Origin: Candidatus Hadarchaeota archaeon
Lineage (GTDB): Archaea > CAYQAE01 > CAYVLA01
Length of the DNA: 37,258 bases
Direction of reading: 5' to 3'
Assembly: GCA_964452145.1 (NCBI GenBank)
Contig: CAYVLA010000020.1
Span: 1 to 37,258, forward strand
Numbering within the stretch: position 1 is the first letter of the stretch; each line of letters begins with the position of its first letter. Under the pieces are notes generated by a model. It saw nothing but the letters and a program-made list of their open reading frames with translations. It did no database searches and was not told where the DNA came from. The position numbers were made by a program, and so were the translations under genes. Below are positions 19,316 to 28,665 of the stretch, piece by piece.

Positions 19316-22300
19316 TTACGACGAGAGGATTTGTTCTACGAGTTCATCGATCTCTGCCAGCTCAGAGGATAGTTGCTGCCTCAGCATGTCCCGGATCTTG
19401 GCTACGGACCGATATCGTTTCTTTAGCGAAGGTAGGAGATCTCCAACCTTGGCAGAACAGGCCGATCCGAGCTCGCTCAGCCTCCGGTGAGTCAGGCCCT
19501 TGCTCTCGTATCTGGGTATTGGCAACTCCAGAAGCTTCTTGTGGATGTCCCTCTCCCCGAAGAGTCCCCTGCTCTGCACTGGCTTTATCGCTTTGTTGAC
19601 GAAGGATGAGTTCAGAACTGCCGAGAGATAGTGTGCCTCTCTTGAGTTTCTGAGTTCGCAGACGTAGGTCTTGTGGTCAGCCAGGAAACCGCTCAGAGGC
19701 AGATCGTGACCGTCAACATTGTGCACGTAGGGCCCTGTGACCACAGTTGCAGCGACATTGGTCCCAGAGGTTGTGTAGACAACCCTAACGTTGGCCTCAG
19801 GGTTTTGGGCAAGGATACCCTGCGAATAGTTCAAGCGTTCGTAGACAGTCATCTTTCCGGCTTTCTCGCCTCTCTGGTTTGCCCACTCCTTCTCGGCCCG
19901 CTTCACCCACTGCCCTGTATCTGTGTACCCACCCCTCTCCAACTCCTGGGCAATGACCATCCGGTACCGGTCACCCTCCACGACCAAGGGAAGCATCACC
20001 ACCCTGAAGGGTAGGTGGGCGAAAGGCACCACATCGCTGCCCAGCAGGGTCGCATAGAGGAAGCGGCCGTCGACGCGCCCCGCAAAGGACAGGCCTCGAT
20101 ATGGCTTCTTCGCAAGTCTCACTGCATCTGTGGAAGACTCGACATAGGGGGATGCAAGGTGCAGGCCCAGCACCGGGTCCGTTCTGGGTTCCACGAAGTA
20201 GAACACCCTCGGGACGATGGTTGCTCCCTGCCTGAAGCTGTCGTAGTAGTAGCTTCGCCCCTCACTCACCTTGGCTGCTTCATCCAAGGTTCCCCAGAAG
20301 CTCCTCTCACCGATCCGGTAGATGTTGTACCCCTCATTCTGGAAGGAGAGGTGATTCTGGGCGTACTTGAAGGTTAGGTTCTTCTCCGGCAGAGAGCCCG
20401 CCACACAGTATCCCTTCAAGGGAAAGCTGGTTGTGCCAGTCTTTCGTCCGAACACAACCGACGCCGGGACGTTGAACAGAGGCGACACCCCGGTCAGGTC
20501 TGCAAGCGTGGTTATCTCGAAGAACTTCCCCTGCCTGAAGGCATCGTGCTGATCTGCTGAGAATATGGATCTGGGCATGACGAAGCCTATCTGGCCATAC
20601 TGCCTGAGGTAGAGGTCTGCAGCCTTCACCATGAACAGTGTCGCCATCTCCATATGTGTTACGAGATGGCCTTTGGGGAAGAGTCCGTGCGCCTTCATCT
20701 CGTCTTTGAGGTAGGCCTGGTAGTCCGTGTTGAGGATGTAGCGGTATGATATCCAGGGCGGGTTGCCCACCACCACATCGGACTTGGTCTGCGAGAGGAA
20801 GACCGGCTTGTGGAAGTTCTTCAGGTAGAACGACCAGAGGGTGTCCCGCCTCTCCTTGATCAGTTTGGCCAGGTTTGCCGCTGTGCGGTGCAGGACCTGG
20901 ACCGCTCCCTCCTCTGCTGCGACCTCCATCCTTCTCGTGAGGGTGTTGCGGAAGGTTTCCAACGGCACGTCATCACCGGAGGAAATCCCCTTTGCGGCTT
21001 CGGTAACGTAATCGATTGCAGCGTCGGAGGCCTCTGGTATCCGCGCCACAGATGTAGGGATGTAGAGTTCTGTCCCGTTAGCCTGGACAATGTAGGTGGA
21101 GACGGGCTTCCCGCTGGGTCCGAGAATGTCCACCACCCCGCGGGCCTCGGGCAGTCTGATCGAGTTGGCCATGTACACCGGTATCCTGATATCCCTCCTG
21201 CGGAACCGCAGAAGGTCGCCAAGGGCCAGAAGATAGGTTGCCCTCGAAACTATCACCGCGAGAGGGTGGATATCGATCCCAACAACCCGGGTCGTTACCT
21301 CCTCCAAAAGTCCCTCCGGCTTCAGCTTCTCCCGTTTATACCTGATTGCGGCGAAGAGGAAGGTTCCCGACCCGCAGGCTGGGTCGATTACGCTTCGTCC
21401 GGGATCGTCTTTCAGCAGGTTCTGGACGATCCACTCCGCCAGCCAGTCCGGGGTGTAGTATTCCCCCAGGCCGTGCCTTACCTCGGGGTCGACCAGCTCC
21501 TGGTAGAGCTGTTTGAGGACGTCCTCGTTTACCTTCGACATGTCGTATCGGGAGAGGTGGCCTAGAAGCTTTCGGCCGATGCCTTCCCCCACCTTGGCGC
21601 AGGGGTCCCTTCCTAGCCAGGAGAAGAGGTCTTCCTCTAGGAAGTTGTGGATCCCCATACCCCGGAAGGCCTCGCCGCGGACGACCCTCAGTATCTCCTC
21701 GCCTGAGGGGACCCCTGGGGACAGTCTCATGTAGACCATGAGCTTGGCAAGCAGGGCGAGGTAGGTGTGTCGGAGGAACATCTCCTCGGAGGCTACCTGC
21801 TCGCCGTACACGTTGCTGAGGTGGATCCGCCACTGATCCAGTGCAAGCGATATCTCCGGCTCAGAGCGAACGGACTGCCACAGCGAGCCCAGTTCGCTCG
21901 AGACTATCTTGAACACAGGGCCCCCGAGACCGAATTCGGCCGCAAAGGCGGACGCCTCTGGAGGCAGCGCTGTTCTGACCATCATGTAGCGATCCAGCCA
22001 GAGATAGGCTTCGCGGGGCAGTCTCGAAGAGAGGTCTACCTCGTCCACTGGCTGGAGCCCTGATAGCGTTGACCTGTAGGCCCTCAGCCTGATGCCGTCC
22101 GATGCCATGAGGAGAGGGTTCTCGCCTACTTGAGCCAGTGCATCGGCGTACCTTTTGAGTTGTTGCTCAGCTGATTCTGCCTGATTGCGCAGGTCTAGCT
22201 TGAACTCGATTATTAGGCTTCCCAGGTAGGCGTCTATCCTGCCGCTCCGCTTGTAGGCAAGGGTTTGGGTGCCCACGTGCTTTTCGAGCGCGGGGAAGAG

Positions 22301-22459
22301 CTTGGATGCAGCATCGGCAGACTCCTTCACGCCGAAGACGCGCCGAACGAACTCTAGGAATAGGAAGCACTTTGCAGCCTCGGTGTTTGCACGCCCGGCT
22401 TCTTCGACGTAGGCCCGGAACCTATCCTCAAACTCGTCCAACTCGGTCCCCCTCTTCAC
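19316..22459 (-). CDS. Type IIG restriction-modification fusion enzyme (PD-(D/E)XK nuclease + N6-adenine methyltransferase + target-recognition region)
   Basis: N-terminal GRIDAYLGSLIIEFK; GEYYTPDWLA; SAM-binding DPACGSGTFL; catalytic VVGNPPW; C-terminal YLSAVLNS...LPIP. Confidence 0.92.
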   Translation of the reverse strand: MKRGTELDEFEDRFRAYVEEAGRANTEAAKCFLFLEFVRRVFGVKESADAASKLFPALEKHVGTQTLAYKRSGRIDAYLGSLIIEFKLDLRNQAESAEQQLKRYADALAQVGENPLLMASDGIRLRAYRSTLSGLQPVDEVDLSSRLPREAYLWLDRYMMVRTALPPEASAFAAEFGLGGPVFKIVSSELGSLWQSVRSEPEISLALDQWRIHLSNVYGEQVASEEMFLRHTYLALLAKLMVYMRLSPGVPSGEEILRVVRGEAFRGMGIHNFLEEDLFSWLGRDPCAKVGEGIGRKLLGHLSRYDMSKVNEDVLKQLYQELVDPEVRHGLGEYYTPDWLAEWIVQNLLKDDPGRSVIDPACGSGTFLFAAIRYKREKLKPEGLLEEVTTRVVGIDIHPLAVIVSRATYLLALGDLLRFRRRDIRIPVYMANSIRLPEARGVVDILGPSGKPVSTYIVQANGTELYIPTSVARIPEASDAAIDYVTEAAKGISSGDDVPLETFRNTLTRRMEVAAEEGAVQVLHRTAANLAKLIKERRDTLWSFYLKNFHKPVFLSQTKSDVVVGNPPWISYRYILNTDYQAYLKDEMKAHGLFPKGHLVTHMEMATLFMVKAADLYLRQYGQIGFVMPRSIFSADQHDAFRQGKFFEITTLADLTGVSPLFNVPASVVFGRKTGTTSFPLKGYCVAGSLPEKNLTFKYAQNHLSFQNEGYNIYRIGERSFWGTLDEAAKVSEGRSYYYDSFRQGATIVPRVFYFVEPRTDPVLGLHLASPYVESSTDAVRLAKKPYRGLSFAGRVDGRFLYATLLGSDVVPFAHLPFRVVMLPLVVEGDRYRMVIAQELERGGYTDTGQWVKRAEKEWANQRGEKAGKMTVYERLNYSQGILAQNPEANVRVVYTTSGTNVAATVVTGPYVHNVDGHDLPLSGFLADHKTYVCELRNSREAHYLSAVLNSSFVNKAIKPVQSRGLFGERDIHKKLLELPIPRYESKGLTHRRLSELGSACSAKVGDLLPSLKKRYRSVAKIRDMLRQQLSSELAEIDELVEQILSS

Positions 22460-22474
22460 GGCATATGATCGTAA

Positions 22475-22503
22475 CCGAATGACGATCTTGATATATCATT
22501 CGG
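22475..22503 (-). promoter_or_regulatory. TATA-like box inside an inverted repeat upstream of the RM gene
   Basis: CCGAATGA (22475-82) and TCATTCGG (22496-503) are exact inverted repeats. Palindromic TGATATATCA lies at 22489-98, about 30 bp before GTG 22459. Confidence 0.5.
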
Positions 22504-22632
22504 GTGCATGCAACCACAGCTGAGCTTGTGGACGGCACTTGTTCAGCATCCTTAGGCCTGTTTAAGAGAGGCTGCCTGCGGGTAGATCTCCCTTCTGGAC
22601 AGCCAGGAACACCTGCTAGGAGTACGAACTTG

Positions 22633-23145
22633 CTAAGAAGAGCAAACCCGGCATCTGGGAGTCATGGGGCGGCTCCCTGCCATGATCAGAGAAACAACCA
22701 GAGCCATCCCTGCCAGGAAAGGTAGACCTACCCCTACAGCGAAGCCCCATGGACCTGGCCCCTCAGGGACCAGATTCGTACCGCTGAAATACCCGTAAGC
22801 CAGATCGCCAAGCGCCGATCGCATCAATCCATGAAAGAACAGTGCAGCCCCCAGGCCCAGCACAACCGGACCCACCAGAACTGGTCGAAACCACAGGCTT
22901 CCAACAAAGGCCAAGATGGACGAGACAACCACGAGTGTGCCGACCACCCAGACACCCTCCAGGTCCAGCAACCTGTCCACAACCCAGTCACGGTCATACG
23001 CGGGCACACCCGAAGCCCTCACACCGAATGGATAGATGTCCACGGCCATCCCCGAAGCCCTGATCGACCACCAGGGCAGGAAGAGCGAGACCAGAATGAC
23101 CAGAAACGCCGCGATGCCTGCCCAGCTGACTATGTCGACCTTCAA
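22633..23145 (-). CDS. Hypothetical membrane protein (about 4 TM)
   Basis: SLFLPWW motif after TM1 and several further TMs. Start reassigned to TTG 23145 after a GGAGG RBS, which removes the overlap with the upstream gene. Confidence 0.7.
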   Translation of the reverse strand: MKVDIVSWAGIAAFLVILVSLFLPWWSIRASGMAVDIYPFGVRASGVPAYDRDWVVDRLLDLEGVWVVGTLVVVSSILAFVGSLWFRPVLVGPVVLGLGAALFFHGLMRSALGDLAYGYFSGTNLVPEGPGPWGFAVGVGLPFLAGMALVVSLIMAGSRPMTPRCRVCSS

Positions 23146-23161
23146 AGTCCCTCCCCTCGCC

Positions 23162-23521
23162 TTAGCCCTGTGGCTGAGCCTCGGTGGCTTCAAGGATTCC
23201 TCCGGTTTCTACAGGCCTGAAGTATCTGACGCGAAGATAATCGATGCTTGCCACCACCAGGCTGGCCCCCAAAACCATCATTGCCCAAACTACTGCCTGG
23301 CTGGATCTGGCCGACATACCCATGCCCAGCAGATCGTCCACAAACCACCCAATCCACACTGGATGAGGTATCTGGAACAACCCCAACATTGAGAGCAGGT
23401 ACTTTGTCCCCAGGAGCAGCAGTATCAGACCTGCGACGAGGTTCAAAACACCCAACATGAGAGGCAATAACCGGCCTACACGGCTCAACAGAGCCCGCAA
23501 GGGGACTGGTTTCATCGGCAT
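23162..23521 (-). CDS. Small hypothetical membrane protein
   Basis: 119 aa with two clear TM segments; co-oriented with the next gene. Confidence 0.65.
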   Translation of the reverse strand: MPMKPVPLRALLSRVGRLLPLMLGVLNLVAGLILLLLGTKYLLSMLGLFQIPHPVWIGWFVDDLLGMGMSARSSQAVVWAMMVLGASLVVASIDYLRVRYFRPVETGGILEATEAQPQG

Positions 23522-23771
23522 CCACCCAAGTACTAATAGTCGCTCCTTGGGGAAAAACCTTCTGCCCAGACGCTCAGATTCCTTGCCTTCTCCTGCCCTA
23601 TGACGTGGCCATAGCCCCAGAGATCCTTAGGAAAACCTAGGATGAACTACAGTCTCGCTGGCTTCGGCACCGAGGAGGCACCCTTCCAAACTCGTGGCAT
23701 TCACCAAGCTTAAGAGGATGGCAGGCATTCCCCTTACTTGGTGCGCCAGGACATCTGAAGCTGGTGACCTA

Positions 23772-24509
23772 ATGGCACAGACCTGTGCGGAAGCGGTCAG
23801 AGAGGCTGTAACCAAGACCGGCAGAGTCATGTCGGCAGAAGAGATCATCAACCACATCTATCGTCAGTATCCTGAACGGCCGTGGAAGAAGAGCACGATT
23901 AGGGCGCATCTCATAGGCTGCAGCGTGAACCACTCCTCATCCCGCCACTACCCAAGCTTCCCCAAGTTCCTGTTCACCGTCGGCAGGGGAAGAGTGAGAC
24001 TCTATCAGCCCGAGAAGAACGGCATATGGAAGGTCGACGAACAAGGGGCCCGACCCATCGACAGACAAGTCACCGAAGAAACGGGCAGAGAGCAAGAGAT
24101 CGTCCAGGAAGCCGCGATCGGACTGGAGAGGGACCTTGAGAACTTCATCGTAGAGGACCTTGGAGCTCTTGAAGATGGACTGTCCCTGTACGAGGGTGGA
24201 AGACAGTACCCCGTCAGCTCCGGTAGAATCGACATACTGGCAAAGGATGGGAAAGGTGGTTTCGTGGCAATCGAGTTGAAGGCAGGAACAGCCACAGACT
24301 CCGTCCTGACCCAAATCTTGGCCTACATGGCTGACGTTGGCCACGAGCTGGCAGACGGAAAGGGTGTGAGAGGGATTGTGGTGGCTCACGACTTCACCGA
24401 CAGACTCGTATCAGCAACCTCCCTGATTCCCAGCGTCAGGCTTGTGAGGTACAAGGCAACCTTCCAGTTCGAACAGGCAACACGAAACGATATCAAGGCC
24501 TCAGCCTAG
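23772..24509 (+). CDS. NucS/EndoMS-like PD-(D/E)XK endonuclease domain fused to an N-terminal winged-helix-like domain
   Basis: LERDLENFI...GRQYPV..GRIDILAKD....VAIELK......QILAY; N-terminal MSAEEIINHI...WKKSTIRAHL...VNH..SRHYP; GGTGA RBS before ATG 23772. Confidence 0.85.
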   Translation: MAQTCAEAVREAVTKTGRVMSAEEIINHIYRQYPERPWKKSTIRAHLIGCSVNHSSSRHYPSFPKFLFTVGRGRVRLYQPEKNGIWKVDEQGARPIDRQVTEETGREQEIVQEAAIGLERDLENFIVEDLGALEDGLSLYEGGRQYPVSSGRIDILAKDGKGGFVAIELKAGTATDSVLTQILAYMADVGHELADGKGVRGIVVAHDFTDRLVSATSLIPSVRLVRYKATFQFEQATRNDIKASA

Positions 24510-24652
24510 CCGTTGAGACTTCCCGGAAATCCTGTCTCAGGTGAGCCGTGCTTAAGCTGGTCTAAGACAGGTTCCAGACCTGCTCGGAGGACTCGGGTCC
24601 ACCTCAGACTGCCAGATACAGAAGCAAGGAGCTAGGCCGCCTTCGCTTCGCC

Positions 24653-25384
24653 TCAGTACGGTGTACGGCTCCTTTTCAGAACGAACACGGCCCCGCAGCC
24701 AGCCAGCATGCCCATGGCGATGAGTCTAATCACCATAACCCTTGGAGAATACCCTGAACCAGGCTCCAATTCGACCCAGACATTTTCCCAGAGAACGGTC
24801 TCATTCCCACCGCCATCAGGTCTGCCAGTCGCAGCAAACATAAGGCTGTACCTGCCCACCTTTTCCAGCCGAATCGAGATGTTGAGACTGGCCTGCTCCT
24901 TCGGGCTTAGGTTGCCTATCCAGACTGTGCGAGGCTCAATATGCCAGTCCCCTGGCGCACGGACGAAGACCCTTGGGGCGGGTAGTCTCTCTGGGGGGAA
25001 CTGGTCATACTTGAGCAAACCGATACTCAGCACCACATCCTCCACGGTCTGGGGCGAATAGTTGCTGACTATGAGCTTCTTTGTGACGGGCTCACCCATC
25101 CTTCCGGAGACGCGTACGGGTTTGGAATGGGATCGGTCGGCCGGATCCTCGATCTCCAACTGGTAGACCTTTGGTCTGGTCCAGTCCGTCACCACCCCTT
25201 TCTCATCCAGGGTACCGAGTATCCCCGGGACCCCCACGGACAACACACCCAGAACCAGCAGAACAAGCATCCAGGTGCGAACATGCCCCGCCCCAGCCAT
25301 AGCCCGCCTTGCCGATGCCGGACTACCTTGGCAATGGTTCCGGCAAACAGCACGTTCGTCTCTTGTCATATCCCCACTACCCAA
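24653..25384 (-). CDS. Membrane-anchored extracellular Ig-like protein, third gene of an ABC operon
   Basis: N-terminal and C-terminal TMs; IGNLSPKEQASLNISIRL..VGRYSL beta-sandwich-like motif; overlaps the permease stop. Confidence 0.7.
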   Translation of the reverse strand: MGSGDMTRDERAVCRNHCQGSPASARRAMAGAGHVRTWMLVLLVLGVLSVGVPGILGTLDEKGVVTDWTRPKVYQLEIEDPADRSHSKPVRVSGRMGEPVTKKLIVSNYSPQTVEDVVLSIGLLKYDQFPPERLPAPRVFVRAPGDWHIEPRTVWIGNLSPKEQASLNISIRLEKVGRYSLMFAATGRPDGGGNETVLWENVWVELEPGSGYSPRVMVIRLIAMGMLAGCGAVFVLKRSRTPY

Positions 25385-26144
25385 AGCTTCTTCTGTATCT
25401 TACCAACAGTAACGCGTTCAGACCCGTCACCAAAAGCAGGCAAGACCCTGCAAGCCAGACAAGTTCGACGGCGGGCCTGATGGTTATCTGTGCATAGTCA
25501 ACCCTGTCGAAGACCCAGATCCACACCTTGTCGGCGTGTACGAAGGGCAAGAACCACCCTATCTTGCCTACAGGATGGCCCGGCTCCATTCCCTCCAGGT
25601 AGAAGGGGTGCAGAAAAAGCAGGTAGACAAAGATCAGAGAAAATGTCACAAGTATGGGGATTCTGGTATCGCGAAGCAGCGTGGACAACAGAACGGTGAA
25701 AAGCATAACCGACAGAACGCAGAGGAGTAGTGCGACCGAGGCTACAGCCATGAGCCGCGGCGGCATCTGCCCGATCGAGCTCTTCATCACCGCCAGGTTG
25801 ACTAGGACTAGTCCCCAGGCGATGAGCCATGAGAGGAGTGGAAACGAGATCTTCGCCGCAAGGTATTCCTTCAGGGAGAGGGGTGTGGTGAAGAGGGTTG
25901 GCAGGGTGCCGAGTCTCTCCTCCTCCAGAAGTGCCAGCGAACCAAAGACCGAAAAGAAACCCGCTCCAACAAGAGAGGCTAGGTAGAAGAGGTCCTGCAG
26001 AAGGTCTTCTGTTCGGGGTGGACTGCCCTGGCCCGGCTCTAGGAGGAAGGATTGGACAGCCTGGAATATAAAGAGTCCCAGAAGCAGCCTGTAGTTGAGG
26101 ATGTTCTCGCGGAGATCCTCCCATAGTAGGGTTGTAACCCTCAC
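25377..26144 (-). CDS. ABC-2 type transporter permease
   Basis: About 6 TMs; EEERLGTLPTLFTTPLS..EYLAAK motif; GTGA overlap with the ATPase stop. Confidence 0.9.
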   Translation of the reverse strand: MRVTTLLWEDLRENILNYRLLLGLFIFQAVQSFLLEPGQGSPPRTEDLLQDLFYLASLVGAGFFSVFGSLALLEEERLGTLPTLFTTPLSLKEYLAAKISFPLLSWLIAWGLVLVNLAVMKSSIGQMPPRLMAVASVALLLCVLSVMLFTVLLSTLLRDTRIPILVTFSLIFVYLLFLHPFYLEGMEPGHPVGKIGWFLPFVHADKVWIWVFDRVDYAQITIRPAVELVWLAGSCLLLVTGLNALLLVRYRRSFG

Positions 26145-27112
26145 CCATCCTCACCCCCCTCGCCCGTCTGTAGCTGGTCTGATCTTTCGACAAGTCTTAG
26201 GAAGACCTGGTTGAGGCTGAGGGGCACAAGAGTGACAGACAACACCGACGCGTTCTCCTTGATGAGGCGCCTTGCCTGTTGGATGTCGATGTCCCTGACA
26301 TCGACCAGAACTGTCTCTTCGCTTTCGACACGCACGTTGCTGATGAAGCTCATCTCTTCAAAGGTCTTCACAAAGCCCTCGTCCACCTTGGTGGTGGCGA
26401 TTCGGAGTCTTCCCGAGGAGAACCTTTGCCGAAGTCCTTGAAGGGAGTCCTGTGCCAGGACCCTTCCTTTGTCCAGTATCCCCACATGGCTGCACAGCTC
26501 CTCGGCATCGGCCAGGACATGAGTGGAGAACAGTACTGTGCATCCTTTCCTGTTGAGGTCGATCATCTTCTCCTTGAGCCTATTGGCTACGAGGGGATCC
26601 AGCCCGGCGAGCGGTTCGTCCAGGATTACCAGTTCGGGATCGTTGATCAGGGCCCGTGCGAAGAGCAGCCTCTTCTTCATGCCATGTGAGTACTTCCCGG
26701 CCTCCATGTTGGAGGCTTTGCTCAGGCCAACGGTCCGCAGGCAGTCTTGGACCCGCTTGTCAAGTTGCTGTCTTGTCTGCTTTGGATGGAAGAGTCTGGC
26801 GAAGTATGTCAGATATCTTCGGCCGGTCATGTGGGGATAGATGGCGGCGTTTTCAAGCACGGTCCCGACCCTATCCGCTATTTTTTCCCTGTTGTTGGCA
26901 GGGTCCATGTCGAAGACCTTCACATCGCCGGTGTTTCTGGCTAGAAGGCCTACCAGTATCTTGACCAGGGTGGTCTTGCCCGCGCCGTTCGGACCGAGCA
27001 GGGCGAACACAGCACCTCGGTCGATTCGTATGCTGACCGAGTTCAAGGCAGGCAGGTTGCCGTACCTCTTGGTGAGCCCTTTGCATTCAATGATCGTCCC
27101 CGCTGAAAACAC
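26141..27112 (-). CDS. ABC-2 type transporter ATP-binding protein
   Basis: GPNGAGKTT, YSHGMKKR, ILDEP, FSTH motifs. Confidence 0.95.
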   Translation of the reverse strand: MFSAGTIIECKGLTKRYGNLPALNSVSIRIDRGAVFALLGPNGAGKTTLVKILVGLLARNTGDVKVFDMDPANNREKIADRVGTVLENAAIYPHMTGRRYLTYFARLFHPKQTRQQLDKRVQDCLRTVGLSKASNMEAGKYSHGMKKRLLFARALINDPELVILDEPLAGLDPLVANRLKEKMIDLNRKGCTVLFSTHVLADAEELCSHVGILDKGRVLAQDSLQGLRQRFSSGRLRIATTKVDEGFVKTFEEMSFISNVRVESEETVLVDVRDIDIQQARRLIKENASVLSVTLVPLSLNQVFLRLVERSDQLQTGEGGEDG

Positions 27113-27189
27113 CCCAACATGGGTCCTGTGGAAAGGTCATAAGTGTTTCGACTCAAGACTTAAGACCCAAGGACAAAGCACGAAGAACA

Positions 27190-27487
27190 ACCTGTTCGGG
27201 GTGAGGAGGAGCGAAGGCTCTAGGAGACTGGGGGACGGGTGAGTACCCAGTTCATGGAAAGAGTCGTAGAGCGTTGGGGGTGCCTCCTGCGCTTGTCACC
27301 CTTGGCCGCGGCCGAGAAGACATCATTAGGAAGATCTAAGGCTGGACCAGTGTGGGAGACTGGGCGCCTAGCGAGTTCTTGCACAGAAGAGAGATTACGA
27401 TGCTCTACGCTACCCAGTGAGGCGAGCACCGTGGGATTAGCTGAGTATGGGCCATGTGAGTGAGAGAGCTGTGGCTTGCCTCCGCTA
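27190..27487 (+). pseudogene. XerC/D-like tyrosine recombinase remnant
   Basis: Ordered fragments in shifting frames: GVRRSE..RLGD (27198), VHGKSRRALGVP (27250), LR/YAT (27395-27414), MGHVS (27447). This is the order of the G.R.SE, GKG...R.VP, H.LRH.YAT and LGH.S motifs. Confidence 0.6.
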
Positions 27488-27537
27488 GATCCGCCGAAAG
27501 AACCCAAGGATCCTCAAGCCTATCCAATTCCGGCAGC

Positions 27538-28341
27538 TTATGGTAGATCGTTGATCGCAGCCTCGGAAACCTCCTTCATCCTTTGTGCCTTTGCGAGCCA
27601 GTCCTGCTTGGTTGAGGGATCTGATAGGTCCACACTAGAGTCTGCATGATCCTCGGTACATCTGTAGTCCTCGTAGAGTTCCCTTGACTCTGTCTCGTCT
27701 CTACAGTAGGAGGTCAAGAATGGCACCATTTTCTTCTTGTGCTGCCCTGGTTCCAGTCTTCCGTGTTTGTGTCTGTAGGTCGCTTCACAAGCGCCATAGA
27801 AGGAGTTGACTGCCGCAAATGGGTTGTCGTCCATGAGAAGTTCGTTCACCCCTTTCCTGTACCTCTGCAGGGCAGTCCTCAGCTCTGGCTTCTTGGCCAT
27901 AGGCTCCAACGTTCTCAGCTTCGAATTGAGACAAGCAGAATCTTTAGTTATGGGGTGCTTCACTCTCACTATAGCGACGGCAGTTGAGTTGGCAACCCAT
28001 TGCCCTTCCTTTGTCGCTCTCCGTCTAGGTATTTCAAGCTTCCCTGAACGTATCCTTTCCGCAAATGCACCATCTATCGTTACTTTGAGCGGAACCTTCT
28101 CTAGCAGTGATATCTGGTCCAGAAGTCTGTCTACTTTCTCCTTCCCATCATTGACGGCATCTTCCGGTTTTTCCACACGGACAATCGTTGTAGCGGCCTC
28201 AATCATCTTGCCCTGCTTACCCATCGTGCGTTCAAAGGTGATATCGCCAAAAGTCAGTTGCTCTTCTAGATCGACATGCCCCACGAATGGTAGCGTGACC
28301 TTCCATGGCTCTGTCAAGAATGTCATCTCCTGCCTCATCAT
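27538..28341 (-). CDS. HEPN-domain protein (ApeA/MauJ-like architecture), putative RNase
   Basis: ALQRYRKG...NPFAAVNSFYGACE helix pair followed by RCTEDH (R-x4-H) near the C-terminus; lower GC than flanking genes by eye. Confidence 0.6.
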   Translation of the reverse strand: MMRQEMTFLTEPWKVTLPFVGHVDLEEQLTFGDITFERTMGKQGKMIEAATTIVRVEKPEDAVNDGKEKVDRLLDQISLLEKVPLKVTIDGAFAERIRSGKLEIPRRRATKEGQWVANSTAVAIVRVKHPITKDSACLNSKLRTLEPMAKKPELRTALQRYRKGVNELLMDDNPFAAVNSFYGACEATYRHKHGRLEPGQHKKKMVPFLTSYCRDETESRELYEDYRCTEDHADSSVDLSDPSTKQDWLAKAQRMKEVSEAAINDLP

Positions 28342-28645
28342 ATTTCACATCCACAAGTCTTAACTCTCTTGCGGGGTAGTTGATGCTCCCACCATCTAGG
28401 GAACTACGGGAAGCTCAGGAAGCGACTGTTCGCTTGGGCGACCATCCATCGGGCCTGTACCCGGGGATGTGCGCGGTAACAAAGGGAAACGTTGGGGATC
28501 TTGGGGGACCGTCCGAAGAAGCGGGGAAGGAACGGGTCAAAGCTGATGAACAATGAGCGAACGGTGAGGTGAGCAGTGAAAAAACTATTGAACAGTTCGC
28601 GCGTGAACAATACGTCCATCAAGCGCCGTATCCCCCCGCAATAGC

Positions 28646-28665
28646 GTTCTGAACCAGTTCAGAAC
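28646..28665. promoter_or_regulatory. 9-bp inverted repeat, candidate protein-binding site
   Basis: GTTCTGAAC-CA-GTTCAGAAC; each half is itself GTTC-W-GAAC. Confidence 0.35.

Noticed and set aside
23146..23193. Overlap of the two membrane genes as a frameshifted single gene
   Set aside because: A GGAGG RBS and an in-frame TTG at 23145 follow the upstream stop, which explains them as two normal genes.
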